Assembly (NCBI GenBank): GCA_050261175.1
Contig: JBLNDA010000020.1
Coordinates: 19,756 to 83,755, forward strand
From: Clostridia bacterium
GTDB taxonomy: Bacteria > Bacillota > SHA-98 > UBA4971
Length of the DNA: 64,000 bases
Direction: 5' to 3'
This document shows, piece by piece, positions 1 to 12,378 of the stretch. Each line of letters begins with the position of its first letter. Positions within the stretch are counted from its first letter, which is position 1. The translations under genes and the position numbers were made by a program. The notes beneath the pieces were generated by a model. The model was not told the DNA's origin, did no database searches, and saw only the letters and a list, made by a program, of their open reading frames with translations.

Positions 1-161
1 TTGGTGGGGTCCCGACGCACGTTCTCACGAAAGCCCTGTGGGAGAAGCACAAGTCCATGAAATGCACCGGCCGCCGCCCTGTGCCTCCGGAGATGCTGGA
101 GGTGGCAAAGAAGCTGATTCTGCCCTCTGAGTATCCTCAGATCCCAGGTTTCAAGCGTTAA
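1..161 (+). CDS. 3' end of an upstream ORF (frame 3, stop TAA at 159-161). 52 aa is too short to name. It may be the HMG-CoA-synthase-like partner of the thiolase/DUF35 pair that follows.
   Basis: Open frame from the window edge to TAA, in the same orientation and 35 nt upstream of the thiolase-like gene. Confidence 0.3.
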   Translation, partial: GGVPTHVLTKALWEKHKSMKCTGRRPVPPEMLEVAKKLILPSEYPQIPGFKR

Positions 162-195
162 CGACACGAGCGTCCAGATCCAGAAAGGTGGGATC

Positions 196-1389
196 GTGGT
201 GAGGAAGGTTGGAGTCGCCGGAGTAGGTCACACGAAGTTCGGGCGCGCCGAGATCCCCCTCGTCGACATGCTGGCCCTTGCTGCGCTGGAAGCTCTCGAC
301 GACGCGGGGATCAAAACGACAAGAGGACACGGTGTGGATCAGATCTTCGTGGCGTCGATGGGCGCCGGGCTGCTCAACCGCCAGAGCAGTGTGGCGTCAG
401 CCCTCGTGGACACCCTCAACCTACAGCCCGCAATGGCCGAGACCATCGAGAACGGCCCCGCCTCCGGGGCGTCCGCCGTCAAGCTGGGCTACATGGCCAT
501 CGCGAGCGGCATGTGCGATGTGGTCCTGGTGGTGGGAGGCGAACTCATGCGTGTCGTGACCGGCTGGGAAGCCACCGACTTCGTCGCCACAATGCTGCAC
601 CCTGACGCGGAGTATGCGTACGGCCTTACTCTTCCTGCCTTCGCAGGCATGTTCACCAGGCTCTACATGGACAAGTACGGCGTGACGGAGAAGGACCTCG
701 CCATGGTGGCGGTGAAGAACCACGAGCACGCCATGCACAACCCGGTGGCCCACATACAGCTCGTCCCGAGCTTTCACGCGATAATCGAGGGCGAGGACGC
801 CCCCGTCATCAACCCGTACGTCGCGGAGCCTCTCCGCGTGTACGATGTTTGTCCGGTGTCAGACGGCGCTGCCGCCGTGGTCCTGTGCGCCATGGAGCTT
901 GCGGACCGGTTCCCGAAGAGGCCGGTCAGGATCGCGGGGATCGGCCAGGCCACGGACACCCACGTGGTGGCGGAGCGCGAGGTCCCCACGGATCTGCTCG
1001 CAGTCCGCCTCGCCGCCCAGCGAGCATACGCCATGGCCGGGCTGAAGCCCGAAGACATAGATGTGGCGGAGCTGCATGACGCGTTTACGATACTCGAGAT
1101 AGCGATATCGGAAGAAGCCGGCCTCTTCCCAAGGGGCGAAGGCCATCTCGCAGCTCGCCGGGGAGAGACGCGGGTGGGCGGGAGGATTCCCATAAACACC
1201 TCGGGCGGCCTCAAGTCCAAAGGACATCCGCTGGGAGCCACGGGTGTGTCGCAGATCGTGGAGCTCGTGCGACAGCTGCGTGGAGAAGCAGGCGGCCGGC
1301 AGGTCGAGGGCGCAAGGCACGGCCTGGCCGTCAACTTCGGCGGCTTCGGAAACAACGTGGTCGCCACGATTGTGTCGAAGGAGGAGTGA
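196..1389 (+). CDS. Thiolase-like acetyl-CoA C-acyltransferase (SCP-x/archaeal-type thiolase)
   Basis: 397 aa. GTG start preceded by AAAGGTGGG. N-terminus MVRKVGVAGVGHTKFGR and a C-terminal NTSGGLKSKGHPLGATGV thiolase signature. Confidence 0.8.
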   Translation: MVRKVGVAGVGHTKFGRAEIPLVDMLALAALEALDDAGIKTTRGHGVDQIFVASMGAGLLNRQSSVASALVDTLNLQPAMAETIENGPASGASAVKLGYMAIASGMCDVVLVVGGELMRVVTGWEATDFVATMLHPDAEYAYGLTLPAFAGMFTRLYMDKYGVTEKDLAMVAVKNHEHAMHNPVAHIQLVPSFHAIIEGEDAPVINPYVAEPLRVYDVCPVSDGAAAVVLCAMELADRFPKRPVRIAGIGQATDTHVVAEREVPTDLLAVRLAAQRAYAMAGLKPEDIDVAELHDAFTILEIAISEEAGLFPRGEGHLAARRGETRVGGRIPINTSGGLKSKGHPLGATGVSQIVELVRQLRGEAGGRQVEGARHGLAVNFGGFGNNVVATIVSKEE

Positions 1390-1396
1390 CCAGGCC

Positions 1397-1744
1397 ATGG
1401 AGCCCAGGATGTACGCGTACAAATGCACGGCATGTGGGAAGCTCTTCCACCCCGCCAGGGCTGTCTGCCGGGAATGCGGCGGCCGCGAGTTCGAGGCCGT
1501 TCCCCTCGAAGGCGAAGGCACGCTTCTCACGTTCACCAGGGTGTATGCCCTGCCCGAGGGCTACATGAAGCCGTGGCTCGGGTTCGGCATCGTGGAGTTC
1601 CCGAACGGCGTCCGCGTCTCAGGCCAGATGAACACGGAGGACCTTGCTGTCGGAATGAAAGTCAGGGCGACGGTGGGCGTGATAAAAGAGGGCGTGGGCA
1701 GAGACTACCACGGTTTCATCTTCGAGAAAGCGACCCAAGCGTGA
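1397..1744 (+). CDS. DUF35 OB-fold/zinc-ribbon protein, the usual partner of thiolase/HMG-CoA synthase
   Basis: ATG at 1397, 8 nt after the thiolase stop. CxxC...CxxC ribbon (YKCTACGKLFHPARAVCRECGG) followed by an OB-fold. Confidence 0.75.
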   Translation: MEPRMYAYKCTACGKLFHPARAVCRECGGREFEAVPLEGEGTLLTFTRVYALPEGYMKPWLGFGIVEFPNGVRVSGQMNTEDLAVGMKVRATVGVIKEGVGRDYHGFIFEKATQA

Positions 1745-2051
1745 AGAAGACGCCCGGCTGTTGTGGGCGAGGCCGGGTGAGCCTTGATTATAGTGTGTTC
1801 CTCAGCGGCTGTCGGCTCGACGGCGCCCGGGCCTTTTGTTGCGAAGTGCACAACGCGCCCCGAGCCCGGAGGAAGGTCCACATCCTGTCTCATGGAGGGA
1901 CACCTTCGGGAACCAACGCCTCCGCGGAACCCGCCCGCTGGTAGGGGGCGGAGTCCCGGCGGGCCGAGACGCGGGTGCCGACGCCGTCACACGGAATCCC
2001 GAGCCCGGGAGAAAACCCCCGCGCGCTCGACAACATCCATACGCCACGTAG

Positions 2052-2507
<456 letters not shown>

Positions 2508-2536
2508 CTTTCTCCGTCCGGCCTTGGGGGGTCTTC

Positions 2537-3052
2537 ATGCGTCTCAACTACACGTACGTCTTCCAGATACTCAACTTCATCGTCTTGTTCCTGCTCCTGC
2601 GCCGCTATTTCTTCGGTCCCGTGAAGGCGTATCTGGAGCGGCGGGAGCGGTATATCCGCAACACCATTTCGGCGGCGGAGAACGACAGGGAGCACGCCGC
2701 ACGGCTCAAGGAAGAGTTCGAATCAGAGCTCTCCAGGGCTCGGGCGAAGGCAGGCGAGATCACGGAGGAAGCCCGGCGCGCGTCCGAGCAGATCCGGGCC
2801 GACGCCCGCAAGTTCGCTGCTGAAGAAGCCGCGCGCATCTTGGCGCGCGCCCGTGAAGAGATCTCTCGCGAGAAAGAACAGGCCTTCCGGGAGGTCCGCA
2901 AGCAGGTTCTGGATCTCTCGGTCGCAGTCGCGTCGCGAGCGGTCCGGGACGCCCTCGACCCGGAGACGCTGCGTCAAGTTGCGTCCGTGGCCGCTCGTGA
3001 CATCATCGAGGCGGAGCGCGCGGACGAAGTCGGTGGGGGCAGAGTCTCATGA
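2537..3052 (+). CDS. atpF: F0 ATP synthase subunit b
   Basis: Internal ATG (M103 of ORF 2231..3052). N-terminal TM helix, then a long charged coiled coil typical of subunit b. Sits between atpE and atpH. Confidence 0.8.
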   Translation: MRLNYTYVFQILNFIVLFLLLRRYFFGPVKAYLERRERYIRNTISAAENDREHAARLKEEFESELSRARAKAGEITEEARRASEQIRADARKFAAEEAARILARAREEISREKEQAFREVRKQVLDLSVAVASRAVRDALDPETLRQVASVAARDIIEAERADEVGGGRVS

Positions 3053-3729
3053 CTGCTTTGGATCCCGGCACGCTCGCGGGAGCTCTGCTCTCCATAGCGA
3101 GAGAACGCCTCGAGCCCGAAACCGTGGCAGACGAGCTGGCAGAAGTCACGAAAGTCCTGGCGTCAGTGCCGCTTCTCAGGCGGACTCTGGCTGACCCCGG
3201 AATCCCTGCCGAGGAAAGGCGGCTCATTGTTTCAGACGCTCTGGGCAACCTCTTCTCACCCGTGACCCTCGGCCTTCTCGACTTGCTCATAGACGAAAAC
3301 CAAGTGGACTTTGTCGGTGCGGTGGCCAACGTGTACCGTAAGCTGCTCGACGAGGACAGGGGGGTGGTTCGTGCGCGCGTGACGAGCGCGATTGAGCTCT
3401 CGCCGGACGACGTGGCAGCGCTTCGGAAGGGTCTTGCCGAGAAGCTCGGGGGCCGTGTCATCATCGAACAGAACGTGGACCCCGGGATACTGGGCGGCCT
3501 GATAGTGCAGGTGGGAGACACCGTGTTCGACGGCAGCGTCGTCGGCGGCCTTCGCAAGCTGCGTGAAGAGCTTGAGGCGACTCCAGCGGGACACGGGCCG
3601 CCGCCCGCCTCCGGAACCGGGACAGCCTCTGGAACAGGCGCATCATCTGGAACAGGCGCGGCTCCGGAGACTGAAGCGCCGGCGGCGCCACGAGAGCCCT
3701 CCGCGGCACCACCGCCACCGGGGGAGTGA
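3049..3729 (+). CDS. atpH: F1 ATP synthase subunit delta (OSCP) with a ~50-aa low-complexity C-terminal tail
   Basis: 226 aa. OSCP-like core, then a G/T/S/A/P-rich tail encoded by an 18-bp tandem repeat. Its stop overlaps the atpA GTG start (GTGA). Confidence 0.8.
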   Translation: MTALDPGTLAGALLSIARERLEPETVADELAEVTKVLASVPLLRRTLADPGIPAEERRLIVSDALGNLFSPVTLGLLDLLIDENQVDFVGAVANVYRKLLDEDRGVVRARVTSAIELSPDDVAALRKGLAEKLGGRVIIEQNVDPGILGGLIVQVGDTVFDGSVVGGLRKLREELEATPAGHGPPPASGTGTASGTGASSGTGAAPETEAPAAPREPSAAPPPPGE

Positions 3730-5321
3730 CGCGTTTGGAGCTTTCGCCTGAGGTTGTGGCATCGTCGATAAGAGCCCGCCTCGCCGGGATACGCCCCGGG
3801 GTCGACGTCTTCACGCAGGGGACGGTCATCGAGGTAGGCGATGGGATCGCGCGTCTTTCCGGGCTGCGCGGCGCCATGATGGGTGAGCTTGTGGATTTTC
3901 CCAGCGGGGCGTTGGGGATAATCCTCAATCTTGAAGAAGACACCGTCGGGGTTGCGCTCCTCGGTTCCGACGTGGACGTGAAAGAAGGCGACACGGTGCG
4001 GGGCACCGGTAGAGTCATAGACGTGCCTGTCGGGACTGCTGTGGTCGGCAGAGTCGTGAACGCTCTTGGAATGCCCGTCGACGGGAAAGGCCCGCTCGAT
4101 GCACCGGCGCGCCGGCCCATAGAGCACCCCGCTCCGGGCATCGCCATGCGCACGCCGGTCTCGGAGCCCCTCCAGACGGGGATCCTCGCCATAGATTCCA
4201 TGATCCCCATCGGGCGCGGTCAAAGGGAGCTCATCATAGGCGACAGGCAGACCGGGAAGACGGCCATCGCCGTCGACACCATCCTGAACCAGCGGGGCAA
4301 GGACGTCACCTGCATATACGTAGCGATCGGACAAAAACGCTCCACCATCGCAAAGCTGGTCAAACTCTTCGAGGAGGAGGGGGCTATGGACTATACGACC
4401 GTGGTGGCGGCTTCCGCGAGCGAGCTTGCGCCTCTGCAGTACATCGCTCCGTACGCCGGCTGCGCCATGGCCGAAGAGTTCATGTACACCGGTCGCCACG
4501 CGCTCATTGTATACGACGACCTCTCTAAACACGCCATAGCGTACAGGGCCACATCCCTTCTTCTCAGGCGACCGCCGGGGCGGGAAGCGTTCCCCGGTGA
4601 CATCTTCTATCTCCACTCGCGGCTCCTCGAGCGATCAGCGAAGCTGGCGCCTGAGCTCGGCGGCGGGTCCATGACCGCCGTCCCCATAGTCGAGACACTT
4701 GCGGGCGATGTGTCGGCCTACATACCGACGAACGTCATCTCCATAACCGACGGCCAGATATACCTCGAAAGCGAGCTTTTCTTCTCAGGGGTGAGGCCCG
4801 CGGTCAACGTGGGGCTCTCCGTGTCGCGCGTCGGAGGCGAAGCCCAGATACCCGCGATGAAAAAGGTTGCCGGAAGGTTGCGCCTCGACCTTGCCCAGTA
4901 CCGGGAGCTGGCCGAGTTCGCGCAGTTCGGTACGGAGCTCGACCCCGAGACCAGAGCCAGGCTGGAGCGGGGGAAGCGTATCGTGGAGGTTCTGAAGCAG
5001 CCGCAGTACCAGCCGATGCCCGTTGAAGACCAGGTGATGCTCATATTCGCCGTAGTCCGCCGCCACCTCGATGACGTGCCAGTGGAGGCCATTGCGTCTT
5101 TCAAGACCGAATTCATCGAGCACATGCACCGGGCGCACCCGGAGATAGCCCAGGCCATCGCCTCAGGGGAGGACCTCGATGACGATCTCGAGGCGCGTCT
5201 CGCTTCGGCGGTACAGGAGTTCAAGCAAACGTTCGCGCCGAAAGGCGTGGAGGGACCGGTCGAGACCTCCCCCAGGAAAGCTCAAGGCGCGTTGGAAAGC
5301 CAGGTCATCGAAGGAGCGTGA
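3726..5321 (+). CDS. atpA: F1 ATP synthase subunit alpha
   Basis: 531 aa. GDRQTGKT Walker [13 protein letters not shown]-terminal motif. Confidence 0.9.
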   Translation: MTRLELSPEVVASSIRARLAGIRPGVDVFTQGTVIEVGDGIARLSGLRGAMMGELVDFPSGALGIILNLEEDTVGVALLGSDVDVKEGDTVRGTGRVIDVPVGTAVVGRVVNALGMPVDGKGPLDAPARRPIEHPAPGIAMRTPVSEPLQTGILAIDSMIPIGRGQRELIIGDRQTGKTAIAVDTILNQRGKDVTCIYVAIGQKRSTIAKLVKLFEEEGAMDYTTVVAASASELAPLQYIAPYAGCAMAEEFMYTGRHALIVYDDLSKHAIAYRATSLLLRRPPGREAFPGDIFYLHSRLLERSAKLAPELGGGSMTAVPIVETLAGDVSAYIPTNVISITDGQIYLESELFFSGVRPAVNVGLSVSRVGGEAQIPAMKKVAGRLRLDLAQYRELAEFAQFGTELDPETRARLERGKRIVEVLKQPQYQPMPVEDQVMLIFAVVRRHLDDVPVEAIASFKTEFIEHMHRAHPEIAQAIASGEDLDDDLEARLASAVQEFKQTFAPKGVEGPVETSPRKAQGALESQVIEGA

Positions 5322-5330
5322 AAAGGTGTT

Positions 5331-7804
<2,474 letters not shown>

Positions 7805-7840
7805 AGCTCGCGGAGCGAGTGTGACCATGGAGGTGGAATC

Positions 7841-8116
7841 ATGGGCGAATTCGCCTTGCGTGTTCTCACGCAGCAGAAGACGGTCCTGACGACCCGGGCT
7901 ACCTCGGTTCTGATCCCCGGCTCCGAAGGAGACTTCCAAGTGCTCCGCAACCACGCACCAACCGTATCTGCCATTCGACCGGGACGGATCGTCGTGGACC
8001 GCAACGGAGCGCGGAAAGACATCGAAGTGACAGGCGGCTTCGTCATCGTCACGCCCGACCGCGTGGACGTGCTCTTGGACTCCGGCAACCTCAAGGGCGA
8101 CCTCAAGCCTGGATGA
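7841..8116 (+). CDS. atpC: F1 ATP synthase subunit epsilon, short form with only the N-terminal beta-sandwich domain
   Basis: 91 aa. Position after atpD. Its stop lies inside the 3' end of the convergent GGDEF gene, leaving no room for the C-terminal helical hairpin. Confidence 0.75.
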   Translation: MGEFALRVLTQQKTVLTTRATSVLIPGSEGDFQVLRNHAPTVSAIRPGRIVVDRNGARKDIEVTGGFVIVTPDRVDVLLDSGNLKGDLKPG

Positions 8117-9875
8117 CGCGGTTCCGGCCCTCCCTCTTTCCCCGGTAGCACGCCATGTCCGCAAGATAGATGAGGTCTTTCTGGGTCCTGGCGTCCGTGG
8201 GATACGTGGCGACTCCCACCGTGACTGTGACACGCCCGCTCGGTATCTGATCCTCGTCGGGGAACGGGTACGCTTCTATTCTCGCCCTGATCTTCTCTGC
8301 CACCCTGAGCGCCTGCGCCTTTTGTGCCTCAAGGAGTATGGCCACGAATTCCTCCCCGCCGTACCTCGCCACGACGTCGGTCGAACGAACGGACCTCGTC
8401 AGGAGCCTGGCCACGGCTTTCAGAGCGGCGTCGCCTGCCGGATGGCCCAACACGTCGTTGTACTGCTTGAAGTCGTCGATGTCGACCATCAGCAGGGACA
8501 GATACCGCCCGTACCGCTCGCACCTCGCCAGTTCCTCAGCGAGTCTCTCCTGAAAGTGCCTATGGTTGAAGAGCCCCGTGACCGAGTCTGTGATGGCCAG
8601 CCTTTCGGCTATCTGATGCAGCCTCGTCACCTCGGCAAGCTGCCTGTCGAGCTTGGCGTTGACCCGCCTGAGCTCCGCCTCGCTCTTCTCGAGCAGCTCG
8701 TTCTTCGCCTGGAGTTCCCGGTATAACCTTGCGTTCTCTATGGCGATGGCCGCCTGCGTGCCGATGGTGCACATGATCCGCACGTGGTCCTCCTCGAAGC
8801 GCTGGGTATAGCTCTGTACCGACATCACCCCGATCACCCTGTTCTGCACGCAGAGCGGCACTGCGATCACTGACAGCGGCATGTCCCCCAGTGTGATGGC
8901 TTCCGCGGGAGCGTGCTCCATGTCCATGGACGAATCCCTTATGAAGAGAGGCTTGCCCGACTTTATCACCCATTCGGTGAGACCCCTGCCGGTGGGATAG
9001 GGTCGCGTGAAACTGGCGACGCGCACGCCATGGTCTACTATCATCTCGAACCTGATCGCGGAAGCCTGTTCGTCGAAAAGGGCCACGAAGAACGATTCAT
9101 TGCCGATTATCGCCGCCACCTGCTCGTACATGACTTCGAGCAGCGCGGGAAGATGGAGCACGGACGTGGTCGCCACCGCTACTTCGTGTATGCTCACCAT
9201 CTCCGCGGCGGACCGGCGGGCTTCCTCAGTCTGGCGGCGCAGCTCCTCCTCGAGCCGCCTCCTCTGGGTCACGTCGCGAACCACGCCCTGGATCGCCACG
9301 GCGGCGCCCTCCTTCCTGATGACGCTCGTGTTGATCTGGCAGTACACGGACTTGCCTCCGCGTCCGGCCAGCTCCACGTCGAGCATCTGGCAATCCCGGG
9401 ACATGCCGCCGGGCGAGAGGGCCGCAGCGATCTCATCGTGGCTCGTGTCTGCCACGACTTCGAAGATCTTCCGGCCCACCAGCTCGTGGGCCGCGTACCC
9501 GAGCATCGCGGCGAGAGGCTCGTTCACATACGTGATCGTGCCGCCGATGTCCGCGACGAACATCCCGTCGCTTGCGTTCTCGATGAGTTGCCGGTACTTG
9601 GCTTCCGATTCAGAGAGATCCCTGATGGTAGCCCTCACCTTCCTGCTGAGGGCTCTATTGGTTCCAACCGTGGCGAGTACGACTAAGACGAGCGCCCCGA
9701 AGATCGTCAGAGCCACGAAGAGAGCCATGGATATCTGCCGATGAGTGGCGGAGAGCGCGCCCTCGATCGGCATGGCGAAGGCGAAGCCAAACGTGGACGC
9801 GGAGCAACGTGCGACCATCCCCGGACAGAGGAATGAGCTCGCCCATCCTGTGGCTGACCCGGGCATCACCGCCAC
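8103..9875 (-). CDS. Membrane-anchored PAS-GAF-GGDEF diguanylate cyclase
   Basis: 590 aa. N-terminal TM helix. GGEEF motif (RYGGEEFVAIL). PAS (YRQLIENASDGMF) and GAF segments. N-terminal start uncertain. Confidence 0.8.
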   Translation of the reverse strand: MAVMPGSATGWASSFLCPGMVARCSASTFGFAFAMPIEGALSATHRQISMALFVALTIFGALVLVVLATVGTNRALSRKVRATIRDLSESEAKYRQLIENASDGMFVADIGGTITYVNEPLAAMLGYAAHELVGRKIFEVVADTSHDEIAAALSPGGMSRDCQMLDVELAGRGGKSVYCQINTSVIRKEGAAVAIQGVVRDVTQRRRLEEELRRQTEEARRSAAEMVSIHEVAVATTSVLHLPALLEVMYEQVAAIIGNESFFVALFDEQASAIRFEMIVDHGVRVASFTRPYPTGRGLTEWVIKSGKPLFIRDSSMDMEHAPAEAITLGDMPLSVIAVPLCVQNRVIGVMSVQSYTQRFEEDHVRIMCTIGTQAAIAIENARLYRELQAKNELLEKSEAELRRVNAKLDRQLAEVTRLHQIAERLAITDSVTGLFNHRHFQERLAEELARCERYGRYLSLLMVDIDDFKQYNDVLGHPAGDAALKAVARLLTRSVRSTDVVARYGGEEFVAILLEAQKAQALRVAEKIRARIEAYPFPDEDQIPSGRVTVTVGVATYPTDARTQKDLIYLADMACYRGKREGRNRVIQA

Positions 9876-9925
9876 CCCCCGTGGCCCCCAAGATCCCGAG
9901 ACCCAGTGAAAGCCATACTACCGCC

Positions 9926-10975
9926 CTACTCCGCGGGCATCTTGCCGGTTTGCCTCAGGTAGTCAAAGAAGGACTCCTGGTCAGCGAACACCTTCGTGCA
10001 GTGGAATTTCAAGAACGGGCTCACGCGTTCTTTGAAGATCGCGTAGACCTCTTTGTTGTTCGTAGAGCCGTAGATGATCTCGCAGAGCACCCCGGGGGAC
10101 GTCTTGTCCGTCGGATAGTACACGACCACCATGTCGCTCTGGTCGATCAGCATGTAGTCGCGGATGACCGTTTGGTCGGCTATCTCGCCCCTGTCTGACG
10201 GCATGATGGCGAACTCCGGACCTATTTCGGAGAGATTGTAGCTCTTCGACTCGTCCCTCCCCATCCCGTATGAAAGCTCCGTATCCTCCACAGCAAGCGG
10301 GTCGAAAACCTCGAAGCGCTCCCGCAGCCGGTCCCGGAATTCCCTCACTTCCTGCATCTTCACGGAGTCGTTCTGCATCAAGGTAATCGGAAAACTCAAG
10401 TACACCTTGGGGACCTCCGGCCTGAACATCAGGTTGTAGACAGTGCTTGCAGGCTGACCCACCGCCACGACGTAGTGGGGCTTTCGCTGGTAGGACGCCA
10501 TCATCTTCGTGACGAAGATCTCTTCGTCCCTCCAGATCAGGATGTCTTTCAGTGAGAGCCGCCCCCTCCACACGGGCGACTCATCCAGCCTTTTCGACAC
10601 GTTGAGGACGCTATCGATAACCGTCACGTAAAGATCCGGCTTGAGTTCGTTCAGGTAGTGCACGTCAAAAGCGGGCATGAGGTAGTTCTTCCACCGGAAG
10701 CAGCCATGCGTGGAAATGATGCAGTTCTCGACCTTCTCGGCCTTCTTGAGGATCTCCTCGAATACCGCGGCCCGGAGAGACCTCAGCGTGGACGGGGAGA
10801 GATCCAAGATCTTCTCCGGGCTCGTGGGGCTCTCCAGCTCATCGGCTTTCTTGAACATGAGGTCGCCCACGTTGAAGAGGTGGACCTTCTTGCCACGAGC
10901 CTCAGAAGTGGCAAGCGCCCCCTTGAGGTACTCGAGCTTTCCTGAGCCGCTGGTGCCCGTGCAGATGACTTTCAC
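9926..10975 (-). CDS. Hypothetical two-domain protein: N-terminal P-loop-like domain (GTSGSGK) fused to a C-terminal SLOG/nucleoside 2-deoxyribosyltransferase-like domain. Compositionally atypical (lower GC).
   Basis: ORF 9926..11035. Likely GTG start at 10975 (GGAGGTG RBS, giving MKVICTGTSGSGK). C-terminal motif KVYLSFPIT...DMVVVYYPTDKTSPGVLCEIIYG..NKEVYAI resembles the NDT/Rcl/LOG fold signature. The ORF start overlaps the upstream M20 gene's stop (ATGA). Confidence 0.6.
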   Translation of the reverse strand: MKVICTGTSGSGKLEYLKGALATSEARGKKVHLFNVGDLMFKKADELESPTSPEKILDLSPSTLRSLRAAVFEEILKKAEKVENCIISTHGCFRWKNYLMPAFDVHYLNELKPDLYVTVIDSVLNVSKRLDESPVWRGRLSLKDILIWRDEEIFVTKMMASYQRKPHYVVAVGQPASTVYNLMFRPEVPKVYLSFPITLMQNDSVKMQEVREFRDRLRERFEVFDPLAVEDTELSYGMGRDESKSYNLSEIGPEFAIMPSDRGEIADQTVIRDYMLIDQSDMVVVYYPTDKTSPGVLCEIIYGSTNNKEVYAIFKERVSPFLKFHCTKVFADQESFFDYLRQTGKMPAE

Positions 10976-11031
10976 CCGAACACCTCCAGACGAGGACTTT
11001 CGACGCCCATCGGTGGACTCCTCCGCCGCTC

Positions 11032-12378
11032 TCACCCGGCGAAGCGCTCCAGCACCAGGGCCATGAACTTGATGCCGTCCAGGAAATCGGACACTCTGAT
11101 GTTTTCGTCAGGCCCGTGCACGCGAGACTCCGGGTTACTGATGCCGACGCCCACGGCTGGCGTGCCGAACTGGGCCGCGACCTGGTACATCGGGCCCGTG
11201 CCCGGGGAGGTCGGGTACAACAATGGTTCTTTCCCGAAAAGCTCGGCGCCGGCCTCCTTGATGACCTTCACTATCCGCGAATCGGGGTCCGTTCTCGCGG
11301 GGCGTTCCGCCCCAAGCCACGTCACGCGGAAGTCGCAGTAGCCCTTCGCCCTCAGATACTCCTCGAACTTCTTCGCTATGTCGTCGGGCCGCTGATCCGG
11401 CACGAGGCGCATGTCCAGCTTGGCCTCGGCCTTGCTGGGCAGAACCGTCTTCGAACCAGGTCCCTCATAGCCCGCTGAGAGGCCGCAGACGTTGCACGTG
11501 GGTTCGAAGTACAGCCGCCTGAGAACCTCCTTGCCGGAAAGGTCCAGCACGAACCTGTCGATGCCGAATGTCTTCGCCAGGCGCTCGGAGCTCGTAGGGA
11601 GCTTTTCGATGAGTGCGGCATCGGCCGGGCTGGGCCGGCGAACATCGTCGTAGAATCCGGGGATGAGTATCTCTTCCCTCTCGTTCTTGAGGGAGTTCAA
11701 CGCCCATAGAAGCCTCCACGCCGGGTTCGGGGCGACGGCGGCGAGGGAAGAATGCAGGTCGTGGCTGCCGCCCTCCACTTCTATGTGGGCGTAGCAAAGC
11801 CCCTTGCAGCCGAGAGTGACCTCGAGCCTGCCGTCCTCGTCGCGGCCCCCTGTCTCCCATATGCAGGCGTCAGCACGGAAAGCCTCCGGGTGCTCCCTGG
11901 CGTAACGATCGAGGTTGGGACTGCCTATCTCCTCTTCGCCCTCGACGATGAACTTCACGGTTACGGGGAGTCCCCCTCTGACCTTCAGAAAGGCCTCGGC
12001 CGCCCTCACACGCGCCGCGAGGTCCCCTTTGTTGTCGGCGGCGCCGCGCGCGTACAGCTTGCCACCGTCGATCTCAGCGCCGAACGGGTCATGTCGCCAC
12101 ATGCCGAGCGGCTCCGGCGGCTGGACGTCGTAATGGTTGTAGAATAGGACCGTTTGCTCCTGGGCGCCCGGTATCTCCGCCGTGACGAGAGGTGCGGCCC
12201 CCTCTATCCGGAATACCTGGACCCTTGCCCCCACGGACGAAAACATGCGCTCGACCATCCTGGCGGTATCCTCCACGCCCGTGCCCTGAGCGGATACGCT
12301 GGGCTGCCGCAAGAGGGCTTGCAGTTCCCTGACGAACTCGGGCGCGTGTCGATCCACGTAATCGAAGACGTCTTTCAT
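11032..12378 (-). CDS. M20-family metallopeptidase (dipeptidase / ArgE/DapE/CPG2 family)
   Basis: ATG at 12378 with an AGGGAGG RBS (M30 of ORF 11032..12465). M20 motifs HYDVQP, GAADNKG and EGEEEIGS. Confidence 0.8.
   Translation of the reverse strand: MKDVFDYVDRHAPEFVRELQALLRQPSVSAQGTGVEDTARMVERMFSSVGARVQVFRIEGAAPLVTAEIPGAQEQTVLFYNHYDVQPPEPLGMWRHDPFGAEIDGGKLYARGAADNKGDLAARVRAAEAFLKVRGGLPVTVKFIVEGEEEIGSPNLDRYAREHPEAFRADACIWETGGRDEDGRLEVTLGCKGLCYAHIEVEGGSHDLHSSLAAVAPNPAWRLLWALNSLKNEREEILIPGFYDDVRRPSPADAALIEKLPTSSERLAKTFGIDRFVLDLSGKEVLRRLYFEPTCNVCGLSAGYEGPGSKTVLPSKAEAKLDMRLVPDQRPDDIAKKFEEYLRAKGYCDFRVTWLGAERPARTDPDSRIVKVIKEAGAELFGKEPLLYPTSPGTGPMYQVAAQFGTPAVGVGISNPESRVHGPDENIRVSDFLDGIKFMALVLERFAG

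Noticed and set aside
8103-8116. Possible frameshift truncating atpC
   Set aside because: The downstream sequence is the 3' end of the convergent, well-supported GGDEF gene, so there is no alternative frame for an epsilon C-terminal domain. The truncation appears genuine.
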